Positions 10,537-26,262 of a DNA stretch of 64,000 bases are shown here, piece after piece. Source of the DNA: an uncultured delta proteobacterium (GTDB lineage Bacteria > Desulfobacterota > Binatia > UBA9968). The notes below the pieces were generated by a model. The model made no database searches. It had not been told where the DNA came from and worked only from the letters and a program-made list of their open reading frames with translations. The stretch's first letter is position 1. The number at the start of each line of letters is the position of its first letter. The stretch covers positions 48,050 to 112,049 of the forward strand of contig CAVWLW010000044.1 of NCBI GenBank assembly GCA_963755715.1, in the 5' to 3' direction. Position numbers and translations under genes: made by a program.

Positions 10537-11388
10537 CTATCTGTTTGCCAAGATCTGCTTGCGCACCCATGCCGCCACGTCGCCCCGGCGCGCCAGCCAA
10601 ACGTCCTTATGACTCGTCGCATAAGCGACGATCTGCTCGAATGTATCGATCAAAGGAATGCGCGAGCTCAGGTAAGCGTGGGAGATCACGTTCATCATCG
10701 TCGGGTTCGCGTCGCCGATCTTGTAGCGGTAGTCGAATTCGTCCTTGAATTTTTCAAAGAATTCGTGGCGCGTCCCCTCTTCCTGGGTTCGATGATCGTT
10801 GATCGTATACTGGTGTGGAAACTCGACTAACAATTTATCTCCCACCCAGATTGGATACGGCATCTCGTCGTCGTGAAAATCGCAGTGGTACTCCAAGCCG
10901 GTTTCCACCAGGAGCTCTACCGTGTTGTCCGTCGGGCGCACACCGGGCGATGACCAACCGGTGGGACGTTCGCCGGTGACTTTCACGATCGCATCGATAG
11001 TCTTTAGAATATTCTCGCGTTCCTGTTCGCGCGTTAGCATATAGAGGCGTTCGCCCATTTCCCAGCCATGAGCAACCAATTCATGTCCGCGCGCGTGGCA
11101 GTCCTTGACCAGGTCCGGGTAGTAAACACAGGTAAGACCGTTCAATGGAATACTGACTTTGAGATTGTACCTGTCGCAGATATCGAGGAGACGCTTCATG
11201 CCTATCTTCGGGCCAAAGTCTCGAAAAGTTTCCGTGGACCAGTCCCATTTGTAGAGCGCGTCTTTGGGGAGCGGCGATTGCAGGGCGGCTCCCTGGGTCG
11301 GCTTCGTCCGATCCCAGGCTTCGAGTGCGATGCCAAGCACAAACGCAACGCGAGCATTATTCGGCCATTTTATCGGATGTTCAGCCAT
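10537..11388 (-). CDS. polysaccharide deacetylase (PuuE/allantoinase-like) family protein
   Basis: WPNNARVA, DFGPKIG..RL, GHELVAHGW, RPTGWSSPG. Confidence 0.88.
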   Translation of the reverse strand: MAEHPIKWPNNARVAFVLGIALEAWDRTKPTQGAALQSPLPKDALYKWDWSTETFRDFGPKIGMKRLLDICDRYNLKVSIPLNGLTCVYYPDLVKDCHARGHELVAHGWEMGERLYMLTREQERENILKTIDAIVKVTGERPTGWSSPGVRPTDNTVELLVETGLEYHCDFHDDEMPYPIWVGDKLLVEFPHQYTINDHRTQEEGTRHEFFEKFKDEFDYRYKIGDANPTMMNVISHAYLSSRIPLIDTFEQIVAYATSHKDVWLARRGDVAAWVRKQILANR

Positions 11389-11727
11389 GGCGATCCTTTC
11401 ACGATTGAATTCTTAACTTCCTAGGACGGTGAGCGGCACAGGGTTGCCATCGACCGAAAACGCAAGCAAATCGCCTCGTTCAACACGCCGCGAAATAACT
11501 CATTTGCATCGATCTTGTCTTCGCTCGTGCGGTGAAACATAACAACCGAGCTTTTGCGTTGTCAACTGAAACCGTGCGTGCGCGGCAAACGCGATTCATG
11601 CCAGCGCGGCTCTTTTGCCGGCGTATGAAAACCGATAGCGGATCTGAAAGGACGGCTAAGAAAGGCGTGGCGATGTTGGCAAGGGATCTTATCGGATCGT
11701 CAATAGAGCCAACGGCAATATCGAACA

Positions 11728-12412
11728 CTACCCAGGAACGTTACCGACTCCGTGCGCGTTTTGAATTCCTTTCCAGGTCACGAACAGCGTCGGCTCACTG
11801 GGGGGCGGCAATTTGGAACGATTGCTGCGACGCATATACATCTTCACCCAATAGTCATAAAAGTATTCCAAATCCTGCTTGGCCTGCTCCAAGCGGCCTT
11901 CAGTGCTCTCATAAGTCACGGTTACCCATTTTCCACGTAGTGAAATTGCCGACAACGTCGCGACATCCCGGTTATCCAAATAAGAGCCTGTACCGCGTAG
12001 AATTTGCGAGATACTGTAGGGATCGGGCATCTTGCTTGAGTCCTGGCGCTTGACTTTTCCGCGCGCGTCGAACTGCTCGATCTCGTCCGGCGAAAAGCGT
12101 AAGTCCATCTGGTTTTGCGCATAAGTCAGCGTAGTCCGTGGCATGGTACCCTGAAACAATTCGCGTAAGAATCGAGAAAACGAAAATTTAATTTCGGTCC
12201 GCGGTCACGGCTCTGCCAGTGACAACGTAGATGCCGCTTTTCAACTCAAGATCGAAAGCGGAAAATTTGAATTTCTCCAGCGCCTGACCGAGCGCGCGCA
12301 ACTGCTTCGCAAATCCGCGCACGTCCGCGGCCGCGCTTTCTGCGGAGTTCCCGAACATCTCGCGTTCCTCAATAGAATAATTTTGGGCGATCTGAGCAGT
12401 ATTTTGCTTCAT
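11728..12412 (-). CDS. hypothetical protein (frameshift near 12190)
   Basis: ORF from ATG 12412 (GGAG RBS) continues by a frame change into KFSFSRFLRELFQG.. of ORF 11728-12159. Confidence 0.6.
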
Positions 12413-12608
12413 AGTGCACTCCAAGCATACCAATGATAAAATTTTCGCTTTCGGCAGCTCGGCGGTCAGAGCAGCTATCAACACATCGGCTGACAACCGT
12501 TGGACCCGTAGCTTTCCGCCCTCTTCTCGCGAAGAGTTCGGCTTTTTCAGGCGAGTAAAATTCTTTGATCGTACTTCCTCGGTGCGACTCCTCTGTCCCG
12601 CTGTTACA

Positions 12609-12623
12609 GCAACGTTAATGCCA
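12609..12623 (-). promoter_or_regulatory. sigma-54 -24/-12 promoter
   Basis: TGGCAT-TAACG-TTGC(T) with correct GG-N10-GC spacing, upstream of the 12412 gene. Confidence 0.7.
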
Positions 12624-12850
12624 TAACCACACAGTCCAAGAAGTACTTTCGATTCGGCGCTAGGTCTCTAGCGCCGGTTTTGCTCTGACAGGGTGACAGT
12701 CCGGCAAGTCAGGAAAGACAAAAGCGCGGCGGCACCGGCGCAATAAACCGCCGATAGTCTTTTAATGAGGAGAATTTAAGAAATTTCATTGTCGCGGTTG
12801 GTAAACTCGATCACCTTCAGAAATCGGCGAGAACTTACCTGTCGGTAAGA

Positions 12851-14335
12851 TTAGGGTAAATTCGTATCGTTCATCAGATAACGGTCGCACTCGCGCGCCG
12901 CGCCGCGACCTTCATTGATCGCCCAAACTACCAAGCTTTGGCCGCGTCGGCAGTCGCCGGCGGCGAAGACTTTTGGCACACTTGTCACAAAATGGCCGTA
13001 CTCCGCCTTGGCATTGGAGCGAGGATCCCGCTCGACGCCGAGCTCGGTTAGTACCGCATCCTCCGGTCCCAAAAATCCCATCGCGAGCAATACCAGTTCG
13101 GCTTGCAAGACCTTATCTGAATTCGGCACGCGCTTTGGAATGAAGGCGCCCTGCTCGTTTCGCGCCCATTCCACGTCGTAGATGTGCAATTCTTGGACGT
13201 TGCCATTTTTATCGCCGACAAATTTCTCGCCCGTGGTCAAATAGATACGCGGGTCAGCGCCGAAACGCGCCGCCGCTTCTTCTTGACCATAATCGAGCTT
13301 GTAAACCTTCGGCCATTCCGGCCACGGATTATCGGCTTGCCGCGAGTCCGGCGGACGGGGCAAGATCTCGAGTTGGGTCAAGCTTCGGCAACCGTGCCGC
13401 ATTGCCGTGCCGACACAGTCGGTTCCCGTGTCGCCGCCACCGACCACGATCACGTGCTTGTCTTTAGCAGAAATGAAGTTGCCGTCCCGATGTTGCGAGT
13501 CGAGCAAGCTCTTGGTATTGGCGTGGAGAAACTCCATCGCCATGTAAACGCCCTTGAGCTCGCGCCCGGGGATAGGTAAATCCCGCGCCTTGGTCGCGCC
13601 CGTACAAATTACCACCGCATCAAAATCATCTTTCAGTTTTGCCGCCGGCAGATCCACGCCGATGTGGGTATTGGTGATGAACTCGATGCCCTCTGCCGCC
13701 ATCACATCGATGCGCCGCTGCACGATCGTCTTATCGAGCTTCATGTTAGGGATGCCGTAGGTGAGTAGACCGCCGATACGGTCGGCGCGTTCGTAGACGG
13801 TGACCAAATGACCCGCCCGATTAAGCTGGTCCGCGCACGCCAACCCTGAGGGTCCCGAGCCGATGACAGCGACCTTTTTTCCAGTGCGCTTGGCGGGCGG
13901 CTCAGGATTAACCCATCCTTGCGCGAAGCCGTTGTCGATGATCGCGCACTCGATGTTTTTGATCGTAACCGGTAGCTCGTTTAAACCGAGTACGCATGAG
14001 CCTTCGCAAGGCGCCGGACAGACCCGGCCGGTGAATTCCGGAAAGTTGTTGGTCTTATGCAAGCGCTCGAGCGCTTCTTTCCAAAGTCCGCGATAGACGA
14101 GATCGTTCCATTCGGGAATCAAGTTATTAACCGGACAACCGGAAGCCATGCCGCTGATCAATTGGCCGGTATGGCAAAATGGGATACCGCAATCCATACA
14201 GCGCGCGCCCTGGTCGCGCAGCTTGTCTTGCGAGAAATGCTCGTGAAACTCGTTCCAGTCTTTCACCCGCTCTAAGGGCGAGCGGTCCTGCGGCAACTCC
14301 CGCTCATATTCCATGAAGCCAGTCGGTTTACCCAT
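12851..14335 (-). CDS. gltD: glutamate synthase small subunit
   Basis: [44 protein letters not shown]. Confidence 0.97.
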   Translation of the reverse strand: MGKPTGFMEYERELPQDRSPLERVKDWNEFHEHFSQDKLRDQGARCMDCGIPFCHTGQLISGMASGCPVNNLIPEWNDLVYRGLWKEALERLHKTNNFPEFTGRVCPAPCEGSCVLGLNELPVTIKNIECAIIDNGFAQGWVNPEPPAKRTGKKVAVIGSGPSGLACADQLNRAGHLVTVYERADRIGGLLTYGIPNMKLDKTIVQRRIDVMAAEGIEFITNTHIGVDLPAAKLKDDFDAVVICTGATKARDLPIPGRELKGVYMAMEFLHANTKSLLDSQHRDGNFISAKDKHVIVVGGGDTGTDCVGTAMRHGCRSLTQLEILPRPPDSRQADNPWPEWPKVYKLDYGQEEAAARFGADPRIYLTTGEKFVGDKNGNVQELHIYDVEWARNEQGAFIPKRVPNSDKVLQAELVLLAMGFLGPEDAVLTELGVERDPRSNAKAEYGHFVTSVPKVFAAGDCRRGQSLVVWAINEGRGAARECDRYLMNDTNLP

Positions 14336-14399
14336 CTCTTGACCTTTTCTCAGCAATACGATCCATCCACTCGGCACGCCGCGCGAAAATTTCCACCTT

Positions 14400-14461
14400 T
14401 TCAGTTCTGAATTTTTGATTTTGAGCCGAGTTGAGCTAACTCAAAACAAGAAACTCAAACT
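14400..14461. repeat. REP-like hairpin with ~7-nt periodic arms between gltB and gltD
   Basis: TCAGTTCTGAATTTTTGATTTTGAG ... CTCAAAACAAGAAACTCAAACT. Confidence 0.5.
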
Positions 14462-14495
14462 TGTAGTAAATGACCTGTGTAGCGGCACTCGAAAC

Positions 14496-19094
<4,599 letters not shown>

Positions 19095-19220
19095 AATTGC
19101 ACCTTAATAATTACTTGCTCCAATATGAACAAATCAAGATTGCGAAAGCGTGATCGCGAGCCGCCTTTTTTCATATACCTAACGAGTCCTCTGCCCGCTC
19201 GCAACTCTTTTCTTTCGTCG

Positions 19221-19706
19221 TCACTTCTTTCTAGCGTGGGTAACTTCAGCCAATCCGGCATCGATTTCCAAAGCCTGCCCCTCCTTCGTCGTCGACAAAA
19301 CCACTCGGGTAACGGTTCTCGTCACGCCCTCAACGGAGCGAATCTCGCCCAGGAGTTTCTCCAGTGAGCCGGTATTAGCTGATTTCACTTTGAGCATAAA
19401 GCTTTCATCGCCGGTCACGTGATGACACTCTAAAACATCCGGATAGTGCATCATCTGACGCGCGAACTTGTCCATGTCGCGCTGATTGCCGATCGAGACA
19501 CCGATAAACGCTGTGATGTCCTTGCCGACCTTCTTGCCATCGAGGAGCGCTTGATAGCCCCGAATGACACCGCTCGCCTCTAACTTTTTGACTCGCTCCA
19601 TGACGGCGGGCGCCGACAGCTCCACCTCGTCGGCGATGTCAGCGAGCCGTCTGCGCCCGTCATTTTGCAGAATAAAAAGTATTTTTAAATCTATTGGGTC
19701 TAACAA
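19221..19706 (-). CDS. Lrp/AsnC family transcriptional regulator
   Basis: LD.ID.KIL..LQ.DGR, ERVKKLE..GVIRGY HTH, ECHHVTG RAM domain. Confidence 0.93.
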   Translation of the reverse strand: MLDPIDLKILFILQNDGRRRLADIADEVELSAPAVMERVKKLEASGVIRGYQALLDGKKVGKDITAFIGVSIGNQRDMDKFARQMMHYPDVLECHHVTGDESFMLKVKSANTGSLEKLLGEIRSVEGVTRTVTRVVLSTTKEGQALEIDAGLAEVTHARKK

Positions 19707-19756
19707 ATTAATAAAATTAGGATTTATTGCCGTTTAACTTAATTATCCTATGTCAC

Positions 19757-19774
19757 TGACAATCTCGATTGTCA
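19757..19774. promoter_or_regulatory. palindromic operator overlapping a TTGACA element upstream of lrp-gltBD
   Basis: TGACAATC-TC-GATTGTCA, perfect 8-bp inverted repeat. Confidence 0.55.
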
Positions 19775-20078
19775 ACAAAAACGGGTGAGAAATCGTATTG
19801 TTAATGGTAAAATGGCAGTTGCGAAGAAAAGCGGTAGCGAACGTGGCAGCAGCGATCAATGATGCCGGGAATGGATCGACTTCGTCTGGGGGAACCGAAG
19901 AGAATTGGCTGAAAAACGCGGCGGCGGCGCTCGGAGCGCGCTCTATTTATCAACGCAATCGTGTTTTTGCTGAAACCAGAAACACGATTTATTGAACGTT
20001 TGTTGAATGATCCGTCGACAGTGTTTGAACAGCGGTCTAAAGGATCATGCGTATGATCAGGTCGCGGCTGCGGGTGCC

Positions 20079-20744
20079 TCACATCAACAGAATATCAGGA
20101 TTGGTTTTGAAATCGGCCGCCAAGGCCTGAGTGATCCAGGGACACTGAATCGCGAGGATTGGATGCAAGGAGCTAAGTTTTTCCAGAATAGCCGCGGCGC
20201 GATTGTCGGTCGCGTCTGCACGCACTGCTTCGGCCAAAGCCCAAGCGGCACCGATAACATTGCCCTGCCCGTTCAAGCTGATTCCCAGATTTCGATAGCC
20301 GCTTGCGCGCGTCCAATCAATCTCGATCGCTTGACGACAATGCTTTTCACCCTCCTCGAAACGGGAAAGGGTATTGAGACAGTAAGCGATATTATTTTGC
20401 AGCACATATCTGACCTTGCGTTTTTTTGGCGCCAGTTCCAGCGCTAAGGTGAAATGTTTCAGCGCGTCTTCATGGCGTTGCTCGTCGGTAGCCATCTGCC
20501 CAAGAGCCAAATAACAATGCGCTGACTGCTCAATGTCCCGGGCGATTTTGATAAACCCTTCGAGCAGTTCCGTTGCCGCGTCGATTTTATTGATGCCTCG
20601 GTAAAAGCCGACGACAAAAAGCATCCAACGAAAATAGTCTTCCGACGTGGAGCTATTATTCAACCGATCGAGCAGCAGTTTTTCCGTATCGAGAGGTTGT
20701 TCCTGTAACGCGAGTGCTGTGGTTTTTTTATCTGTGGGGTTCAT
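20079..20744 (-). CDS. tetratricopeptide repeat protein
   Basis: TPR-like helices (YLALGQM..ALKHF..ALEL; NNIAYCLN; GYRNLG); start moved to MNPTDKK. Confidence 0.8.
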   Translation of the reverse strand: MNPTDKKTTALALQEQPLDTEKLLLDRLNNSSTSEDYFRWMLFVVGFYRGINKIDAATELLEGFIKIARDIEQSAHCYLALGQMATDEQRHEDALKHFTLALELAPKKRKVRYVLQNNIAYCLNTLSRFEEGEKHCRQAIEIDWTRASGYRNLGISLNGQGNVIGAAWALAEAVRADATDNRAAAILEKLSSLHPILAIQCPWITQALAADFKTNPDILLM

Positions 20745-20762
20745 ATTGGGCAAGCCAATAGA

Positions 20763-20777
20763 GCAAGCGCAATACCA
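20763..20777 (-). promoter_or_regulatory. sigma-54 -24/-12 promoter
   Basis: TGGTAT-TGCGC-TTGC(T) just upstream of the TPR gene ATG. Confidence 0.6.
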
Positions 20778-21342
20778 AGATGAAGTTATCCAAGAAATCC
20801 CATAATGGGCAGATAAGTCCACGCCCATTAGGAGCTTCTCAGTCCGCGAATAGTCCATTCCACTTACCAGCCAGACAAAAGAGGCATCAGCGCCCGACCA
20901 CATTGAGTGATTTCGCCCCAGGCGGCACACAGATCCTCCGTCGTAAGAAAGATTAGGCCGCGCAACGCATGTCAAGAAAATTAACATGCGCGAACGCACA
21001 GACACCAAATGAGCCGAATGACTCAGCGTCGTGAACTGGTGTATTTCGCCGCTTGTTGGCCAAGCGCGTAGCGTGTCCAGCCCGCCCAGCAAAACCGGCG
21101 CGGCGCACTACAAAATCGCTGCGACCAGAAAAAATCCGCCGCTATTTTAATTCAATTGGATCGTGAGGTAGCATCAATCGGAGACAATTTTAATAAGATT
21201 CTCAAACTTCCCTGATCCGGCATACAGTCGGCGCTTTATTGAATTATGCGTTTGTGATTGACACCGGTGGATATATTGAATCGAACTGACCTTCACTTGA
21301 TCAAGCCGGGCCGATTTCTATCCTGAGATTTTGTGGCTGGAA

Positions 21343-22545
21343 TCACCACCACTTCGGCGGTTCGTACTTCGCGCGCAAAAAGCCATCCCACACGGCGGAA
21401 GCGGGCTTTGGCCTCCGATCGCTGGTTTGCATGCCAATGAAGGCCCAGATGCGCGCCAGGTCGGCAAGCGGCGGGCGCAGTTGAGCGACCAGCCGATCCG
21501 AGTCCGTGGTGGCGAAGTTGATGACGAATTCGTAATTGTCCCGCGCCGCGGTCTTGAGCAAGAACTCAGCGAACTGCGCCTGGTCCGCTTCGGAACCGTA
21601 GAGCATCGTCGCGTACGACTTGATCTCGACGTTGCGTGAGGTCATGCCGCTCTCGGCCACCGCGATGCCTTTTTTGAATCGCTTCGCGAATTCGAGAAAG
21701 TTCGCGGGAATGACGCGCGGCATTTCCGCGCTCATGTGCGGATAAAGGCTCATTGCAAAAAGATCGCTGGAACGCATCATGTCGGCGACTTCTTTCTCTT
21801 GATCCGTGCCTTTAGAGTCTCGGGTCAACCCTTTATAGTGTAAAACCTCGGTCGTAAAAAAAACCGGCAGCATACGGTGGACTTTTTTTACTGCCGTGTA
21901 GGTGTCGCGCTGCAGTTCCTTCAACTGCTGCCATTTGGCCTGATTGCGCGACAACAGCATGTTGGACTCGACGCCGATCGCGAGATAATCGGGATGCATG
22001 GCATCGACGGCGCGAAGCACGAAGTTAAGGAACGCCTTTTTTACGCGCGGACTGTTCAACGGCTCGCTCGTCCATGGCGCGGGTAACGGCTGATTTTCAC
22101 TCTCACCCCAATAAGGCGCTAGATCGCGCCTATCCTTGTTTAACGGCGAAATCGATAAGAACAATTTTTTTCCCGCCGGCGTCCTGTAGCTCAAATTCTC
22201 TTGGACGGCTTTGGAAAATGGTTTGCCGTCGAGCGCTTCGGGCCAAGGAATCCCGCCGATAAACATGACCGAAACGATATCACCGTGCGCCCCGGCATAC
22301 TCGCGCGCGAGCGCCACGCCGTCGTCGGTCAGGTCCGCGGGCCACTCGGTAAATCCCATGTAGAAGGGCCGCGTCGACGGGCCGCGGTACTCCGGCAATG
22401 GCGGCGGTGGTGGTTTCGGGGCCGTCGGCACGGGCGTTGGGGCTGGCGTCTGGCGCGAAGAACTCATGAGTCCTTCTCCCGCGCATGCGGCCAAACACGA
22501 AGTCACTGCGAAAAAAAACAACCAGCGGGGAAAACGGTTTGTCAT
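21343..22545 (-). CDS. lipoprotein with clan-A glycoside hydrolase-like TIM barrel
   Basis: Lipobox LAAC, Pro-rich linker, LAIGVESN, A.SLYPH, AVAESG motifs. Confidence 0.7.
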   Translation of the reverse strand: MTNRFPRWLFFFAVTSCLAACAGEGLMSSSRQTPAPTPVPTAPKPPPPPLPEYRGPSTRPFYMGFTEWPADLTDDGVALAREYAGAHGDIVSVMFIGGIPWPEALDGKPFSKAVQENLSYRTPAGKKLFLSISPLNKDRRDLAPYWGESENQPLPAPWTSEPLNSPRVKKAFLNFVLRAVDAMHPDYLAIGVESNMLLSRNQAKWQQLKELQRDTYTAVKKVHRMLPVFFTTEVLHYKGLTRDSKGTDQEKEVADMMRSSDLFAMSLYPHMSAEMPRVIPANFLEFAKRFKKGIAVAESGMTSRNVEIKSYATMLYGSEADQAQFAEFLLKTAARDNYEFVINFATTDSDRLVAQLRPPLADLARIWAFIGMQTSDRRPKPASAVWDGFLRAKYEPPKWW

Positions 22546-22623
22546 AGGCGCAATTATTAAAGTTTCGCCATCCGGGGTCAAGCAATCGCGCGATTTTTAC
22601 GCTAGCGCGACACCATGGAGTCT

Positions 22624-22660
22624 CCGCCCGAGAAGGCAGACACAAGGGCCGCCCCCTACG
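22624..22660. repeat. REP-like element (GTAGGGG type)
   Basis: Minus strand GTAGGGGGCGGCCCTTGTGTCTGCC..GGGCGG. Confidence 0.45.
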
Positions 22661-22711
22661 AGGTAATGGCGAATTCAAATTGAACCACCGCCGTTTTTAA
22701 TCTCCCTTGAC

Positions 22712-23731
22712 TTGTCGAGAAATTCTCGGAAAATGGGTCCAATTCTTCGATCTCAGCACGCAGCCAACAGGCCACAACCAAACAGATCGGTTGACGTAAA
22801 AATCTTGCAAGTCAATTTTCTGAGAAATCGGCCGTTCATCGCCATCATTCTTGTTTTGAGCTTTTTTTCATTCCCGGCTTGTTCTTCGCGCAGCGGCCCG
22901 CCCGACACACGCTACGTGCCGGCGGGTGATCTCCTCGACATCGTCAAGGACTTTCAGCGCTTGGCAAAAGAAGACACCTACCGTTTTCCTATTCCCAAGG
23001 ATGTCACCGGCGTCAATATCATGAAGGCCACTCTGGTTCGGCTGAATGATTACGAACGCAAAAACCCCGGTCAGTTCAGTGATATTGTGCAGTTCAACAA
23101 AGCTCTCGCCTTGGAACGGCTCCGGGAGTACGACCAGGCAGCAGCGCTTTACCGCAAAGTCGCCGAAACCGACGGCCGCCTCGCTTCGGAAGCGGCCAAA
23201 AACGCCGAGCTCCTCGATAACTTTTTGCGTATTTTCGACAAAGTCATACCGGCTGACGATCCTTTCAAATACATCGCCGGTCTCGACGAGAAAGTCGCCG
23301 CATGGAACCAGCTCATGCAAAAATATCAAGGCACGCAATACGCGTTTCTGGCCCGAGTCGAAGAGGAGCGCGTTGACCGCGCTAAGGTCGCCTTTGTCGA
23401 AGCCAACCGCCATCGTCTCAAGGAAGGCAATCAGTTGACAATTGTCGGCTACAGCCAACTGGTCACGAAACACCAACAAAGCAAAAATATCTATCGATTT
23501 CTGCTCGATTTCGGCGATTTCTACATGGTCCTTGCAAATGACTATGCATCCCAGTACGATCCCGAGGGATTAGTGTTTGACATCAAGGTGTTAGATCAAT
23601 TCGTGAAGTCGGCCCTCAAGCTCTATACCGAAGTGGGACAAGTCGACGGCATCGTAGAAAAAATCGAAGCCCAGGGTAAAATCGAAGCGACGCGCGGTTT
23701 TCTAGAAAAAATGACCAGGCTCAATCGATGA
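22712..23731 (+). CDS. hypothetical TPR-like lipoprotein
   Basis: Hydrophobic stretch ending FPAC; helical repeat ALALERLREYDQAAALY; true start probably near 22805. Confidence 0.7.
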   Translation: MSRNSRKMGPILRSQHAANRPQPNRSVDVKILQVNFLRNRPFIAIILVLSFFSFPACSSRSGPPDTRYVPAGDLLDIVKDFQRLAKEDTYRFPIPKDVTGVNIMKATLVRLNDYERKNPGQFSDIVQFNKALALERLREYDQAAALYRKVAETDGRLASEAAKNAELLDNFLRIFDKVIPADDPFKYIAGLDEKVAAWNQLMQKYQGTQYAFLARVEEERVDRAKVAFVEANRHRLKEGNQLTIVGYSQLVTKHQQSKNIYRFLLDFGDFYMVLANDYASQYDPEGLVFDIKVLDQFVKSALKLYTEVGQVDGIVEKIEAQGKIEATRGFLEKMTRLNR

Positions 23732-26244
23732 AGTTCACACAGTTTTTAATTTTGAGCGCGGTTGCCTGCCTCACTTCCATAGCGGTATTGCTTGGTGTGC
23801 CTCAGGCCCAAGAAAAAATCTTGCCGCTCGACAAAATCCTCAATCCTCTTCCCGATTATAGCCCTTTCGAACAGGGCGCCGGCGAGACGCCGAAATATTT
23901 TCCCGACGAGATTGACAAACGGTCCCGCGAGTTGCTCATCGACGCGTTGATCAACCGTGAAGACGCGTTGTCCCAACATTTACAATTCTTCCAGTCTGAA
24001 GACGCGCGCTTACAGAAAGAGCGCGGCACCTCGACCGGCTTGACGGCGCAGGCGCAAGATCTCGTCAACAACACGATCCAAGACCGCGAGAAATATATGG
24101 CGGCACAGAAAGAAGCGCTCAAGCGTGCCGCGTCGCCGGAACGCAAAAAATATCTCGAGGCGGTCATCAATAACGACGACTTCAATCAGTCGGACGCGCT
24201 GATGCGTCAGAGCTCGACCAATTTTTGGGGCGGCATGGCCAATCGCCTGCTCGGGTCGGTGGATTTGGTCGGCGTCGCTTCGGGAAATTATGTCGGCGCC
24301 GTCGCTGAAACTACGATCAGCCAAGTCTACGCGCTCATGGACCGAGACATGGCTGTCGAAGAACGGCGGGCGCTGGCGCGGGATCTCGATCATCTCAAGC
24401 GTTTCCCGGACGATCCGCGCAATGCCGTCATCAGAAAGCAAGTAGAATCACTGGACAAGAAAAAAAAGAATGCCTTGACGCGCAAGCAGATCGACAAAGC
24501 CAAGGAAGCATTCGCCAAGAATGATTTTGAAAGAGCTGCGTTTCACCTCGATATGGTCGCGTTTATCGACCCTCAGTGTCGCGACGCCGATGAGTTGCGC
24601 CAGCAAGTCGTGAAATCCTTGGGCGAACTCGACAAAACGCGCAACAACAGTCTGCTCGCGCGTGCTGAGACACCGGCGAGCGACGAACAGCGAACCGATG
24701 TCCAACGATTACTCGAAGTCTTGACCCTGCGCGACAGCAATCAGATCCAACGGGTCGCCATCGACACCGAGAAAAAATATCTCGGCAAACCGTTGGCCGA
24801 CGCCGCCCGAGATTCCGAAGCGGTCGCCCTGGAGATGAAGGGATGGCGCGAAGCCGCAAAAAAAGCCGTTGAACAAATGGCCAAGTCCTCGGCGAATCCT
24901 GAAGTGAAGGAACGGGCCGCGACCCTGCTCCAAAGCCCGCACTACAATCTCCTCACTCCTTTTCAAGACGCGCGGACTGATAGACAGTTGCAGTCGGCCA
25001 AGTATGTTCTTCTCGGTGAAGACTTTTTGCGAAAGAACTTACTGTTTGCCGCTGGAGCGATGACGGCGGCAGGTCCGGCGGCGGCGATGAGTCTAGGCAT
25101 GGTGAATGCTCTGATGGTGACCAACAACTTCTACCAGGTCATGACTCAGAATCCGGTATCAGCGCAGCCGGTCATCGATGCCGGCGTCGCCTACGTGCGC
25201 AATCACCCGAACTCGGAAAACGCCTCCGAGGTGTATAGAGTCCTGGCCGACGCCTACGAAGAACGCGGCATGCTGGACCAAGCGATCAGCTACCACGAAC
25301 TGGCCGGATCGCCGAAACAGAAAATCGAAGAGCTGAAGGACAAATCCGCCAAGGCGCTGCTCAACGCCGCGACTAAAAGCGCCAATCGCGGCACGCGCGA
25401 ATACTATCTGACCAGCGTGATCGACCAGCACCCGGATACGCCCGCGGCCGCCGATGCAACCAAGCGGCTCGCCGACATGGCCAGGGACGAAAACCAGGGC
25501 CTGCGCATGAGCAAGCAGTTCTTGATGGAAAACCCCGAGCTTTTCGGACCCCGCGGGTTAGGACTTAAAGCTTCCCTGTTCGACGGCAATCCCGCCAATA
25601 TGGAAATCGCCGAGCGCGGCGTGAATCTGCTTAGCGACAACGAGATTCTGGTTCACTATCAGACCCCGTGGGGCCCGCGCAGTCAAAGCTATTCGCTCAC
25701 GAAATCTTTGAACGATCGCTTTTTCGTGACGTTGCGCGAAAAGAATTTGCAGGTTGCACTTTCCGACGTCAACCAACGTGCCAAGGACAGCGTCGGCGGC
25801 ATCAAGAATCTTCCGTCGGCCATCGTCAAGGCGGAACGGGAACAGCGCGCTGGTCAATCGGAAAGCCGCGAAGATACCACGTTCACGTTGGTCCGCGAGG
25901 TTGGCGGAACCGGCGGCGATTATCAGAAAGTTCTGGATTCGCAACTGCTGACCGACAACGAGCGCGACCCGGGAAGCAAATATAAATTACCGCCGGTTCA
26001 GGGCTCGATCTCGGCGAGTCGCTTCAGCATGACGGGCGCTCTGCCGACCGGACTAGGGGGCAACCAGCTCGCGATCGGCGGCGACAACCGCAGCCCATTC
26101 GCCGGCGTCCAACTGCCTATCCCATTGCTCGAAGGCTTCATTCCCGTCGATTTTATGATCCAAGGTCGTCCCGGCGGTGTCTCGATTTTTCCGAGAATCC
26201 GCACTGGCGCGGACACCGGCAGCGATCCAGAGCTCTATCGTTAA
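23728..26244 (+). CDS. large secreted helical-repeat hypothetical protein
   Basis: 838-aa ORF, signal peptide, TPR-like segments, ATGA overlap with the upstream gene. Confidence 0.8.
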   Translation: MKFTQFLILSAVACLTSIAVLLGVPQAQEKILPLDKILNPLPDYSPFEQGAGETPKYFPDEIDKRSRELLIDALINREDALSQHLQFFQSEDARLQKERGTSTGLTAQAQDLVNNTIQDREKYMAAQKEALKRAASPERKKYLEAVINNDDFNQSDALMRQSSTNFWGGMANRLLGSVDLVGVASGNYVGAVAETTISQVYALMDRDMAVEERRALARDLDHLKRFPDDPRNAVIRKQVESLDKKKKNALTRKQIDKAKEAFAKNDFERAAFHLDMVAFIDPQCRDADELRQQVVKSLGELDKTRNNSLLARAETPASDEQRTDVQRLLEVLTLRDSNQIQRVAIDTEKKYLGKPLADAARDSEAVALEMKGWREAAKKAVEQMAKSSANPEVKERAATLLQSPHYNLLTPFQDARTDRQLQSAKYVLLGEDFLRKNLLFAAGAMTAAGPAAAMSLGMVNALMVTNNFYQVMTQNPVSAQPVIDAGVAYVRNHPNSENASEVYRVLADAYEERGMLDQAISYHELAGSPKQKIEELKDKSAKALLNAATKSANRGTREYYLTSVIDQHPDTPAAADATKRLADMARDENQGLRMSKQFLMENPELFGPRGLGLKASLFDGNPANMEIAERGVNLLSDNEILVHYQTPWGPRSQSYSLTKSLNDRFFVTLREKNLQVALSDVNQRAKDSVGGIKNLPSAIVKAEREQRAGQSESREDTTFTLVREVGGTGGDYQKVLDSQLLTDNERDPGSKYKLPPVQGSISASRFSMTGALPTGLGGNQLAIGGDNRSPFAGVQLPIPLLEGFIPVDFMIQGRPGGVSIFPRIRTGADTGSDPELYR

Positions 26245-26262
26245 CTTCAAGGGAATCGCGCT

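Noticed and set aside
20745-21092. N-terminal extension of the TPR ORF
   Set aside because: Non-protein-like composition and it contains a sigma-54 box; the start is more likely 20744.
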